Shown: in pieces, positions 48,083 through 61,625 of the stretch
Layout: each line of letters begins with the position of its first letter
Numbering within the stretch: position 1 is the first letter of the stretch
Assembly (NCBI RefSeq): GCF_009914755.1
Contig: NC_060945.1
Direction: 5' to 3' (one strand)
Origin: the human T2T-CHM13v2.0 reference genome, Homo sapiens
Length of the DNA: 64,000 bases
Translations under genes and position numbers: made by a program
Notes under the pieces: model-generated
What the model was told of the DNA's origin: nothing
The model's input: the letters and a program-made list of their open reading frames with translations, nothing else
Database searches by the model: none

Positions 48083-51000
48083 CTTTGTTGCTTTTTCACT
48101 CCTTTACCCTGTGGTTTCTACTATCCTCAGGGACAACTCTCATTGCCCTGGGGCTTCTGGATCTTCAGCAAGACACACCCCTAAAGGCAAACAATCTTTC
48201 TTTAGCAGCAGCAGAGCACAAACGGAGTGTTGCTGTATGCTAAAAGCATACTATTTCCCCCCATGAGAAAGTCTAAGGGGTCCAGGGGTCCTGAAGTCCC
48301 TATCCTGCCCCCGCCAGTGACAGGTGATGGGGAACAGAATGCTGAAAGAGACCCCACCCAACCATCTGGTGTGTCAACACCCGCCCCTGCCGGTGCTGTC
48401 CACAGGTTGATCCCCATCCCACATGGGTGGCTTAACACATTCATGTCTTCTGAGAGCCATTTGTTGCTCCCCAGTCTCTTCTGTCCTCCTTCTTTGACCA
48501 ACATTTCCCTGTCTGATTTGCTTGGTCACAGGTAGCCTGTGTCAGTTTCCTCCCAGGACTCTCTTTGCCTGGGAATAAGTGCTATACATGAGAAGCATCC
48601 CTCCCAAGCGCTGTGTGTGGCCTCCTGGCATTCTCCTAAGACTTCCTAGAGGATTGCTCTGGTTCCAAAAAGAAACCAGCCACAACCTGTTTGGAGCCCT
48701 GCAGGATGTTCCAGCTCACCGACTTCATTCCCCACTACTTGCCCCTCTAACAGAGCTTCTAGACCAGCAGCCAAGGTGCCTCCATTCACTGTACATGACT
48801 CACCTTTCCCCCTTCTAGACACTTCTTCACGGGTCTAGCCTCTGTTTCCAGCTTTACACAGCACAGGCTGATGCCTGCCACTGAACGGGATCCAGGACTT
48901 TTTCAAATCTCAGATCCCCAGCAAAGGTATGACAATGGGCACCCTGACCAGCTCTGAGCCTCTAGGCATAGGGTCTATTTGTTTAATTTTGAATTCACTT
49001 TTAAGATTTAAAAATTGAGAGCTCTCATCTTCAACAAAATTCAGGGGATCTAGAAACATCATGCCCACTTGTGGCAGAGTAGCCAACTGGCAGAAACTGA
49101 TGCTGATGCTGTCTGTTTCCTACACAAAATGCAAACCAGAGTTTACCACAGGCCCGCTACTCCACATTCTCCTCCACAAGGACACTCAGCAGGCTCCTGT
49201 GCTGAACGGCTTGCCTGGTTCTGTAGGTGTAGGGTTTGTTACTCTGTTCCAGGACCTATTTTCCGCAAAGCCCCTTACCTGGCTGTTTCTTCCCTTGGCA
49301 TACGTGAGAACTCCTTTCCTCACTGAATTGCTTTGACCTTGCTAATTAGTTGTGTTGCAAGTGCTTTTTGGCTGTGTCGGACATGTATGTTCTGTTTATC
49401 ATTTTAGAGCAATGGTTATTAATTTTTTTCAGATTCTTCTTGGGAATTAGAGAAAAACTTATGGCTCTCCTCCACCATCCTGCCCCCACCTACCCCAATG
49501 CACACATGTGCAACATTTGTTCTACAATTCAAGAGCTCTCTAGACCCCTGATATGCTAGGCAATTCGTGGCTGCCACATTAGGAACCCCTGATTTAGGGG
49601 AAGGACTGTTTTCTCCATTAGACAAACTCAACTGTGTAGCATCAATTTCATGGGTCTACTGTGTACTGTGCCCAAAAAATGCCACTGAATGCTGCCTGAC
49701 TGGTGGATAGCAAGACTGTCCATTAATGTGGTCATTTAGGTTGCCTCTGCCCAGGTCTTGAGGTCATTGGCACTAATTCACAACACCCTCAAGTCACCCA
49801 GGGAAGATGAGACACAGTTGGCTGTAGACCCACAGTTTGGGCATTACAGCTGCCCTTGAAGTTGACAAATAACCACAACCTTCAAATTGTTATGAAAAGA
49901 GCACAAATCCAATTAAGAAAGCTTTTCCAAAAGAAATAACAGTGTTCCTACCCCCTCTGTCACTCTCCACCCCCTTTTTGTCCCAGAATAATGTTGTGCT
50001 GATAGGAACATGGATAAATTAATTACAGTCTGGAATGTTATTCATGGGTAGGAAAGAACACTAAATCTACTCGCACAATGTTTGATATTTAAAGATAAAC
50101 ATTGCCTTTATGTTTTTTTTTTAAACCTCAGTCAGCCTAGTTTACGAAGACATAGGTATAATCCTTTTAAATGCTGTGGATTTTTTAATCGCAAAGGTAA
50201 CAATATGCTGGGTGTTTTACCCAGCCAGAGAACCAGGAGATGCAGGAATGAGATTAGCATCTCTTTAGTTCCTTGCATATTTGATATTATTTTGGTGTAC
50301 CTCCAATTCCTGATAACATAGAAGAACTCTTGTGGTTGAAGTCCCTGAAATGGAAGGATATTGGTAACCCTGAATTTAAAACAAGCACAGGCAGCCTTTG
50401 TGGGAATGTGTGTGAAGGTCACCTTCTAGAAACAGGACTGTCCATAGCCATTGCCATGGTTTCTGTGTCATTTCAACCAGAACCTTAGGCCTGGAAGTCT
50501 GGATGGATGTGGGTTGGCATGGTCCTCTATGGGCATTAAATGAATAAATGGATATAGCAGAGGGAGTATCCAGCATGACTCAAAGAAGGATGAGAGGAAA
50601 CATATTCAAATAAAATCTTTAGAAAAGCAAATTTCAAAAAAAAATGCTTAAGTATAAAATATTTTGATGACAACCATGATTTTCAAATTGAATTCTTATT
50701 CTAAGTAATGGTCTAATCTGAACTTAGACCTCTTTCCTTAATTTTTTTCTCAATAAGCCTTTGGTGTCTAGTCAGTTCAATTCAGTATTTACTGAGTCCC
50801 TATACAGACAGGGTATAAGGCATTAATCAAATGTATGTCCAAAATTGCCCACCATGCAGGGCAGAGCTAAAATGCCTAACACCCCTCCTCTCACCAACAC
50901 ATCCCCCACCCACATCTCCAAAGACTTCCTGGCAGAGGTGATCTCTGCCTGCTGGGACAGATGTATAGGCTCCAACAGCAGCAGGGTGGCCCCTCTGACC

Positions 51001-52301
51001 ACCACCTTGGGACCCACATTGCTCTTAGAACTATTCCTCTTTTTTCATCCTTGAAGCCCCCAGCAAAGCTCAGCCTGAATCAACTTTTTCTAGGAATCTG
51101 ACAAGTTTCCAGGCTGATTTCCTGACCCAGTCAGATCCTCTTCCATCTTTCTTTGGGTGTTCAATTTTCTACTTCATTTTCCACCTCACATATTGGCCGT
51201 TGATGACCACATCAGCTCTTCTATGCTGTAAGCTCCCAAGGAACAAATTCTATCAAATGATTGGCCTTTCAGCTCTCTACTGTGACCAGAAAGTTGCCCA
51301 GTACATAAAAAGGGGTTCACAGGTATTTCTCACGTGGATAACTGGTGACTCATCTATCCATGATTTTGGGGATCCCCCACTTCCTGGACTAATTGTAAAC
51401 CACCTTCTACCACCTGGGGGTGCCTGAGCACAACAGAGCTAAGTGAACATTTCATCAGTCTAATTGGATTCAGTGGAATGTTGGGGGCCTGGAAATTTGG
51501 ACTAGGAAGGTAAGCAGGAGGAATAAGTGTGAATGACAGTATCTAAATTAAAATCTGTTGCCACGAAAGAAGATCAGACCTTTTCTCCTCTGATTTGTCC
51601 TTCTAGAAGTCACAAGATGCCCAAAGAATCATAAGCAATGGGTAACTAGGCAAGGGAATTATCTCTGACAAATGCCATGATTGCTCAGTGTCCCATTTCT
51701 CTTGGCAGCAAGAGTGGCCCAAAGACTAAACTGAGATGGGGGTCTGCACCCCTGCATGGGACTCAGGCTCTGCAGCTAGCCTTCCAACCACTAAACCTGA
51801 GCTGAGGTACTTTTAGCTCTTTATTTCTTGTTTTTCTCATTTGTCACTCAGATGAGAAGAATGCCCGCTCTGTTTGACTCAGTGTCAGCGTGATGAAGTA
51901 AAACAGCTTCTTTAAATCCCTCTGCAACAAGGCAGTGAATTGAAAATAAGAAAGATAGGGAAGAACATTCTGGGCAAGACAGCTCAATGAGTTCATGCTT
52001 TGATCGATCTCTCAGCTCTGAACACAAAGCCATGACAGGTAGGTATAAAAATAGAAAGCTAAAAAGAGATGTCTGGCTCAACAGAAGCAGAAGAGACACT
52101 GCTAGAAGCCTCTGACCTACTGGGCTCTTTGTCTAAAATCAGCAGGGAGTTTGGCCTCTGCTGGGCAAATCCAAGACGCCCCACCCAAGATGGCAGACAG
52201 GAACCAAGTACTTGCTTAAAGTCAGGAACTAGGGTGGGGCCCCGAAAGAAAGACAGTGCCTCACTGCTGCCTAGGGACCAAGGTTTTAGAAAAATAAGGT
52301 T

Positions 52302-53884
52302 GAGGGGCCAAGATGGCCGATTAGCTGCTGCTGCAGTCCGCGGCTCTCATGGAGAGGAATGAAAACAGCCAGTGAATTCAGCACCTTCAACTAAAATATC
52401 CAGATTCTCGGCCCCACTCGGACTAGTCAGACAACTAGACCTATGGAGAATGAAGAAAAGCAGGCTGGGAAAATGGTCCACCCGAGAGCGGCACGGAGCC
52501 AAAGGAAGCCCCAACCCCAGCAAAGGGAAGAGGTGAGTGAGTGTGCGACACCACCCGGAAAACCATGCTTCTCCCATGGATCTTCGCAACCCGCAGATCG
52601 GGAGATCCCTTCATGAGCCCATGCCACCGGGGCCTTGGGTCCGACACACAGAGCTGTGCAGAGTCGTGGCAGAGCGGCCACTCAGGCACACACAAAGACC
52701 CAGGAATTTTACATACTCCAGCCCAAGGAATCCCAGCAAGGCAGGAGATCCATTCATCTATTCCCCCAGGAAGGGGGCTGAACCCAGGGAGCCAACCAGC
52801 ATTGCTTTGCAGGCCCCGTTTACACAGCACCTCACAGGTTAAGGCCCACTGTAATTTTTGCCAGCCAGTGGTGACAGCCTGGAGTCAGCCTGAGATGGAC
52901 TGAGCTCTCGTGGGTAGAGGCAGCCACCATCTCTGCGGTTCAGTTGACTCAGCCATTCTAGCCTGCCAGCTCCGGGGAGTCCAGACAGTCTGGACAAGGA
53001 GGAGTCTCCCACAACGTGTAGCACAGGTGCTGTGCCAGATCGTGGCCAGACTGCTTCTTTAAGTGGGACCCCGATCCAATCCTCCTCACTGGGTGGGGCC
53101 TCCCTGTGGGAATTTCAGCAGCTCCAGCCAGGGTTATATGGAAAATACTCTGCTCTCTCCTGGGACGGAGACCCCCATGAGAAGGGGTGGCCGACGTCGC
53201 TGCAGTTCAGTGGACTCAGTCTTTCCAGCCTGCTGGCTCTGGAGAGTTCAGGCGGTCTGGAGGAAGGGTCCCCTCAATGCAGCACAGCCGCTACACCTGC
53301 TCTAACAAAAAGCAGCCAGACTGCTTCTTTAAGTGGGCCCCTGATCCCGTTCCTCCTGACTGGGTGAGACCTCCCAACAGGGGTCTCCAGAGACCTCCCA
53401 CAGGAGCGATCAGGCAGGCAACATGTCAGTACATTCCTGGGATGGAGAAAAACGAGCAGGCTGCCATCTTGCTGTTTTGCAGACTTCACTGGTGATACCT
53501 CCGGGTATGGGAAAAACCAAGGCAACTAGGGTCTGGAGCAGACCCTGAGCAAACCACAGCAGCCCTGCGGAAGAGTGACCTGACTGATAAAAGAAAAACA
53601 AACAAACAAACAGAAAGCACCACCGACAACATCAACCAGGAAAACCCCATTCAAAGGTGAGCAACCTCGAAAATCAAAGGTTGATAAGCCCACACAGATC
53701 AGAATCAATACAAAAACGCTGAAAACTCAAAAAGCCAGAGTGCCTCTTCTCCTCCAAATGACTGCAACACCTTTCCAGCAAGGGCATGGAACTAGGCTGA
53801 GGCTGAGATGGCTGAAATGACAGAAGTAGGCTTCAGAAGGTGGCTAATAATGAACGTCACTGAGCTAAAGGAGCATTTTGTAAC
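52302..53884 (+). mobile_element. Older primate L1 5'UTR plus the start of ORF1
   Basis: It starts ...ccaagatggccga, has a GC-rich 5'UTR with an internal repeat (ccagactgcttctttaagtggg x2), and includes the ORF1 start region (aaaacgctgaaaactcaaaaagccagagtgcctcttctcctccaaatga...). Confidence 0.85.
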
Positions 53885-54682
53885 ATTAAAAAGTGGGGAA
53901 ACGACATGAACAGACACTTCTCAAAAGAAGACATTCATGCAGCCAACAAACAAATGAAAAAAAGCTCAACATCACCGATCATTAGAGAAATGCAAATGAA
54001 AACCACAATCAGCTACCATCTCACTCCCATCAGAATGGCTATTATTAAAAAGTCAAGAAACAACAGATGCTGGTGAGATTGCAGATAAAAATGAATGCTT
54101 TTACCCTATTGGTGGGAATATAAATTAGTTCAACCATTATGGAGGACAGTGTGGCGATTTCTCAAAGATCTAGAGGCAGAAATACCATTTGGCCCAGCAA
54201 TCCCTTTACTGGGTATATATATCATTCTATTATATATACATAAAATAGGAATACAAAACATGCTATTCCTATTATATGTGTAATAGGAATACAAATCATT
54301 GTATTCTAAAGACATGCATATGTTCATTGCAGCATGATTCATAATAGTAAAGACATGGAATCAACCTAAATGCTAGACTGGATAAAGAAAATGTGGTACA
54401 TATACACCATGGAATACTATGCAGCCATAAAAAGGAAAGAGATTATGTCCTTTGCAGGGACACCGATGGAGCTGGAAGCCGTTATCCTCAGCAAACTAAT
54501 GCAGGAACAGAAAACCAAACACTGCATGATCTCATTTATAAGTGGGAGCTGAATGACAAGAACACATGGCCACGTGAGGGGAATAACACACACTGGGGCC
54601 TGTCAGGGAAGGGGGAGAGAGAGCATCAGGAAGAATAGCTAATGGATGCTGGGCTTAATACCTACGTGATGGGTTGATCTGT
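53885..54682 (+). mobile_element. L1P ORF2-end/3'UTR fragment without poly(A)
   Basis: gacatgaacagacacttctcaaaagaagacat...gggttgatctgt, flanked by the direct repeat gcattttgtaac. Confidence 0.85.
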
Positions 54683-57600
54683 GCATTTTGTAACCAAATG
54701 TACCTGTAATTTATGATCCAATTCAAGTTGAATTTTTTATAAAAGATAAAGGAAAGATTAGGATTATGTTTTTACATAGAAATGCACAATTGTTTCAGTA
54801 CAAACTAAAGAGATTTTCAGAATTTCATAGATGAAAACAATTCACATTTGCTAAAATGTATCCTATTAATACTAACGGTTGTACTTCAGCCATAAGAAAA
54901 GAGGACAGAAGGGAATGTGTGAAAGTCAGTATTAAATGGTAGTCAATTAAAAATAAAATAAAAATTTTGAAAGGTAAAATAATAATTACTGAAACTGATA
55001 AACAATATTAATAATTTTAATAGCCATTAAATTAACAAAATAATAATAATTAGATTTGGAATTTTTTAAAGAATAAGATGAGTTAAATGGGTGAAAGTCC
55101 ACAGAAAGAAAGTTTTCTGGGTCCTTGATGTGATCGGGAAGAAAACAGAAATATTTAACAACAGAAATTTTGTAGGAAATTCATAGTTTACTAAGTATGC
55201 TAAAATTTTATAGATAATTACAAAAAGGATATAAGTAATCTATAAGTTGCAAAGCAACAAAATATATTCTTTTGTGTAAATAAAAGGGAAAATAGAATGG
55301 TTTCTCACACCAATGAGAAATAGGAGGGAAAAATACTTTAAGAGAAAAAGTTGTGAAATAAAAATCAAAATGTAACATGGTAAAAATATATGCAGGTACA
55401 TCAATAATCATAATATCTTTAAATAGAATAAGCACACAAAAGACTACAATGATTACATTGAATAACAAAATAAAATCTAATTATATGCTGCTTACAAGAT
55501 ATACATTTGAAGTAAAACCAAATTGAAAAGTTGAAAATTAAGTAATAAAAAAATACTAAGCAAAGGCTAACACACAGAAATCTAAGGTAGCAATATTAAC
55601 ACAAGACAAAGTAAAAATTCAGGTGATTAATAGTATACAAAGATCACCCAATTTAATAAAAGGAAACAGTCTGCTAGGAAAATATTACAATTATGGGTAT
55701 GTAGTTAACTATACAGACTCAGCAAATATAAAGCAATCCTGGCAGATTTATAAGACATTGATATATCTATCTATCTTATCAATTCCCTTAAGGGGAACTG
55801 AGTTGTAGGGAGCCATTTAACACACTTCTCTCAGCAACTGGTAGATCTGCCCTCCCCAACATAGTAAGCATATAGAATATTTGAGTGATGAAATTAACAA
55901 AGTTCATTAAATATATATATAGAGAGAGCACTACACCCAACCAATAAACAATATGCATTTTTTTAACAAGTGTTCACGGAACTTTTTTTACCATTTGGCC
56001 ATGTACTAGATCATGAAAGAAGTCTCAAGAACATTTTAAATATTAGTTTTACATACGTGCTTGGCTCTATGATCAAAATGCAGTTAGGTTATAAATCAGC
56101 AGTAAATTTATGGTCAATAAATCTTCACATATCTGAAAACCAAAAACCAAGTACATGTCTACTTAACCCATTGGTTAGAGAAGAAAACATTTTAGAAACA
56201 ATAAAATACTAAATGCCATAGAAAATACTATATATGAAAGTTTCTGGGATGCAGCTAATGTGGTTCTTAGAGGTAAATTGACAGCATTAAATGAATTTTT
56301 GAAAAGAAAAATGATAGAAAATAAGTTTAACTAAAAAAAGGAGACATATGAAATAAACTAAAGAAAGTAGATTAAACAAAATTTTAAAAACAAAAATTAG
56401 CAAAAATGAAAATGAAAAAGGAGAGAAGAGCTACTAGATGGAAAGCTACTCAAGGAACACAATTTGAAGATTTAAATAAGATATATATTTTTCTAGAAAA
56501 AAAACATGAACTTCCAAAGTCAATTTATGAATAGAGCTTCATCATAAAACTGGAATCTATAAAAAGTATCAGTTCAATAGATGGATTTACTAACATATTA
56601 GACACAGCTGAAGAAATTATTTATGAATTAGAATGTAAGTCAGTTAAAAATATTCAGGGTGAAACACAAGAGAAAAATAATGAAAAATACAAAAAAAGAG
56701 TATAAGAGATGTAAGGAAAAGGATTAAGAGAAGTGCAGTTAGAGGCTGAGAAGTACAGAAGAAAGTGAACAGAGCAGAAGTGATATTTGAAGAGATAGGG
56801 ACTGAGAATTTTCCAAAAACTGATTTTAAAAATGAAGCCATGGGTGAAAGAAGTATTTAAAACTTCAAGAAAAATTACTTTAAGGAAAATCAGAATTTCT
56901 TAGTGCATCATATTAAAATGCTGAAAACAAAAAATAAAGAGAAAATCTTACAATCAGACAGAGGGGAAAAAGATATACAGGAATCACCAATAAGATAGAT
57001 ACTGTATCTCATTTCTCAAAAGGAAGATTGAATACTATAGAAAATTAAATGGCATCTTTAAAGTGCTGAAAGAAAATAACTACCCACCTAGAATTCTATA
57101 CCTAATGAAAATGTCCTTTAAAAATGAAGGCAAAATAAAGGCTCTAATAATTCAAGGAGCGTTCTGCAATCTCTAATGTTTTAACTAAAATAATGAAAGA
57201 ATGTATAAATAATAATGGGGAAATATGAAACAAAGAAAAATACTTCATTAATCTAAAAAGCATAAGAAATAATAAGTCCATAGACAAGTGTAACAAACAG
57301 AAACATTACAGAGTTGGTAAAACTTGAGGAGAAATAGATGAATCCACTATTCAACACTACTTTAACAGAAACAGACAGATACAGCATGCTAAAAATCAGT
57401 GCGAACATAGTTGAATTCAGCAGCACCATCAATCAACTGGATCTGATTCATCTAAAACGTCATCCAACAACAGCAGAATACACATTCTTCTCAAGCTCAT
57501 ATGGAACACTCACCAAGATAGACCACATTCTGCGTCATAAAATACACTTGGCAAATTTAGAAGAATCAAAATCATCCTATGTCTGCCCTCAGACCACAAT

Positions 57601-59021
57601 GGAATGAAAACTAGAAATCAATGACAGAAAGATAACAGGAAAAATCCCCAACTACTTGGAGGTTGAACAATATACCTAATAACACATGAGTCAAAGAAGA
57701 AATCTCAAGGTAAACTTTAAAATATTTTGAACTAAATGAAAATAAAAATACGTGTTGTCAAAATTTGTGAGATGCAGCAAAAGCAGTGTTTAGAGGAAAA
57801 GTTGTAGCATTAAATGCATATGTTAGAAATGAGGAAAGATCTAAAATTAACAATCAGCTTTCAGCATGGAAAACTGAAGAAGAACAACTTAAGCCTAAAG
57901 CAAATAGAAAAAAAAAGAAATAAGAAAAATTAATTAAAAATAGGAAATAAGTGAAGAAAATCGACAAAGACAAAAGCTGGTTCTTTGAAAACATCAATAA
58001 AATTGACAAACTTCTAGTCAGGCTAAGAACAAAAAACAGGAGACACAAATTACCAACATTAGATATGAAAGAGAGTCATCACTACTGATTACATGAACAA
58101 CAAAATGATCATTTAAAAATACTGAAAACAACATTATGCTCACAATTTTGAAGAACTTTGATGAAATGGACCAATTCTTTGAAAGACCCAAACTACCAAA
58201 ACTCACACAAGGAAAAATAGATCTGAATAGGCCCATATTTATTAGATAAATTGAATCAATAATTAATAGACTTCCAAAAAGAAAGCACCAAGCTAACATG
58301 GTTTCCCTGGTAAATTCTATCTAACACTTTTAAAATAAGTGATATTAATTCTCTGTAGTCTCTTTCAGAAAATAGAAGCAGAGGAAACACTTCCTAATTC
58401 ATTATATGAGGCTAACATTATCCTAATACCAAGAGCAGACATTACAATAAAGGGAAACTACAGACTAATATCTCTCATGAATGTGGATGCAAAAATTCAC
58501 AACAAAATATTAACAAATCAAATACAATAATGTACAAAAAGAATTATACATCACAAATGAGTGAGATTTATTTCAGGTATGGAAGGCTGGTTTAACATTT
58601 GAGAGTCAGTTAATGGAACCCACCGCACCAACAGGCTGAAGAAAAAAATCATATGATTATATCAATTGATGAAGAAAAAGCATGACAAAATCCAAACCCA
58701 TTCATGATGAAAACTCTCAGCAAACTAGGAATTCAACTTCATAAAGCACATCTACAAAAACCTACAGCTAACATCATCCTTGATGGTGAGAAACTGAATG
58801 TTTTCTCCTTAAGATCAGGAATTAGACCAAGATGTCCCTCTCACAACTCCTATTCAACATTATACTGGAAATTCTAGCTTGTGTTAAAAAACAAGAAAAG
58901 GAAATAAAAGACATACAAGTTGGGAAGGAAAAAATAAAACTGTCTTTTTCACAAATGACATGATTGTCTATTTAGAAAATCCCAAGAATTAACTAAAATT
59001 TCTTGGAACTAATAAGTGATT

Positions 59022-59427
59022 TTATTAGTTTACTAAGACTGCCAATAACAAAATACAACAGACTGGGTGAGTTAAATGACTTAAATTTATTTTCTCATAG
59101 TTTTGGAGGCTAGAAGTTCAAGGTCAGGGTGTCAGCAGGTTTGATTTCTCCTGAGGCCTCTCTCCTCCTCTTGCAGATGGCCACATTTTTGCTGTGTCCT
59201 CACATGGCCTTTTCTCTGTGTATGAAAATCCCTGGTGTCTCTTTCTGTTTGTCTCATCTTCTTAGAGGGACACCAGTCAGATTGAATTAGGGTCCACCCT
59301 AGAGGCCTTATTTTAACTTAATCACTTTTTAAAGTCCACATCTCCAAATGCAGTCACATTCTAGGGTACTGGGGATTAGGGTTTCAACATATGAAATTTG
59401 TGGAGGGACAAATTCAGTCCATAATAG
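59022..59427 (-). mobile_element. MLT1A-like LTR inserted in the L1M
   Basis: gccaataacaaaatacaacagactgggtg...ggaggctagaagttcaagg...cacattctagggtactggggattagg. Confidence 0.8.
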
Positions 59428-60550
59428 TGATTATATTATAGCAAGGTTGCAGAATACAAGGTTGATACAGGAAAGCCAATAGCTTTCTTATATACTATCA
59501 ATGAACAATTAAAAATACAAATTTAAAAGCACAATATCATTTACAATAGTACCAAAGAAAGAAGGAAAGACATTAATTCTCAGGTAGAAATCTACAAAAA
59601 CATATACAGGATCTATATGCAGAAAACTATAAAACTCTGATGAAAGAAATCAAATCAAATGAAAACAAATGGAGAGATATTTCATGTCCTTGGATTGGAA
59701 GACTCAATGTTATTTAAAAGACAATTCACTGTAACTTGATCTATAGATTCAACATAATCTCCCCAAATTCCAGCAAGCTACTTTGTGCATATCAACAAAC
59801 TGATTCTGAAGTTTATATAAAAAAGCAAAAGACATAAAATAGCCAATACAGTATTGAAGAACAGAGTTGAAGGCTGACACTACTGACTTCAAGACTTAAT
59901 ATAAAGCTCCAGCAAGGAAGACACCACAGTACTGGTGAAAGAATAGACACTTAGGTCAGTGGAACAGAATAGACAGGCCAGAAGAGGACTCTCACAAATA
60001 TACTATAGTCAATTCTCTTTGATAAAGAACCAAAGACAATTCAATGGAGTAAGGGCAGTGTTTTCAACAAATGGTGCATAACAATTGGACAGCCACGTAT
60101 AAGAAAACAAATCTAGACTCAGATCTTACACCTTTCACAAAAACTAACTGAAATAGATCATGGATCTCAATGTAAAATACAATATTTTCAGATTTCCAGA
60201 AAAAAAAAAGCAGAAAATCAATGTAACCTTGAATTTAGTGATGAGTTTTAAAATACAAGCCAAAAAGCATGATTCATGAAAAAAATTTATAAATTATACT
60301 TGATTAAAATTAAAATACTATGTTCTGTGAAAAATACTGTTAAGGGAATCAAAAGACAAGGCACAGATTGGGAGAAAATATTTGCAAACCACCTATGTGA
60401 TACGGTACTTGTATCCAAAATACACAAGAAACTCTTAAAAAAACAAGAAAGCAAGTAATGCAATTTTAAAGTGGGCTAAAGATCTGAAGAGACAGATCAC
60501 CAAGGAAGATTCATAGAATGGCAGATAGAAAGATGCCCATCATAATTTAC

Positions 60551-60722
60551 GGCTGGGCACAGCAGCACCAGCTCCTCAGAAGGCTGAGGCAGGAGGGCCC
60601 CTTGAAACCAGGAGTTTGAAGCTATTGTAGGCTATGATGTGCCTGTGAACGGCCACTGCACTCCAGACTGGGCAACATAGTGAGAGCTCATCTTTAAAAT
60701 AAATAAACAAATGAATAAATAA
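60551..60722 (+). mobile_element. Alu monomer (FAM/FRAM-like)
   Basis: ggctgggcac...gaaggctgaggcaggagg...cactgcactccagactgggcaacatag followed by an A-rich tail. Confidence 0.75.
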
Positions 60723-61224
60723 TTAATTTGTCATTAGAGAGTTCCAAGTTAAAACAATAGCAAGATGCCACTACACACCTATGAGAATGGTTAAAATCCA
60801 AAAGCCTGACAATACCAAATGATGACAGAGAGGCAGAGCAACAGGAACTCTTGCTCATCGCTGGTGGGAATGCAGAATGGTGCAGCCACTTTGAAAGACA
60901 GTTTGGCTGCCTCTTACAGAACTAAATATAGTCTTAGTACAGAATCCATCTGCTGTGCTCCTAGATACTTATCCAATTGATTTGAAAACTTATGTTCGCA
61001 TAAAAAAATCTGCATGTAAATGTTTAAAGCAGATTTATTCATAATTGCCAAAAACTGGAAGCAACTAAGATTCTGTTCAACAGCTGAATGAATAAACAAG
61101 TTGTGGTACATCTATATAGTGGAATACGGAATATAATTCTGCAATAAAAAGAAATGAGTATTGAGCTATGAAAAGATGTGGAGGAATCTTAAATGCATAC
61201 TGCTAAGTGAAAGAAGCCAGTATG

Positions 61225-61625
61225 TTTATAGCAGCATAATTTATATTCCTTTGGGTATATACCCAGTAAACTATGCAACCATAAAAATGATGAGTTCATG
61301 TCCTTTGTAGGGACATGGATGAAGCTGGAAACCATCATTCTCGGCAAACTATCGCAAGGACAGAAAAACAAACACTGCATGTTCTCACTCATAGGTGGGA
61401 ATTGAACAATGAGAACACTTGGACACAGGAAGGGGAACATCACACACCGGGGCCTGTTGTGGGGTGGAGGGGGGGAGGGATAGCATTAGGAGATATACCT
61501 AATGTAAATGACGAGTTAATGGGTGCAGCACACCAACATGGCACATGTATACATATGTAACAAACCTGCACGTTGTGCACATGTACTCTAGAACTTAAAG
61601 TGTAATAAAATACATATATATATAT
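61225..61625 (+). mobile_element. Short L1PA with a 5' inversion (61225-61269 inverted)
   Basis: A 15-bp TSD aaagaagccagtatg is at 61210-61224 and 61626-61640. Confidence 0.88.

Noticed and set aside
57338-60458. Endonuclease/RT-like short ORFs
   Set aside because: These are fragments of a decayed ancient L1M with many stops and frameshifts.
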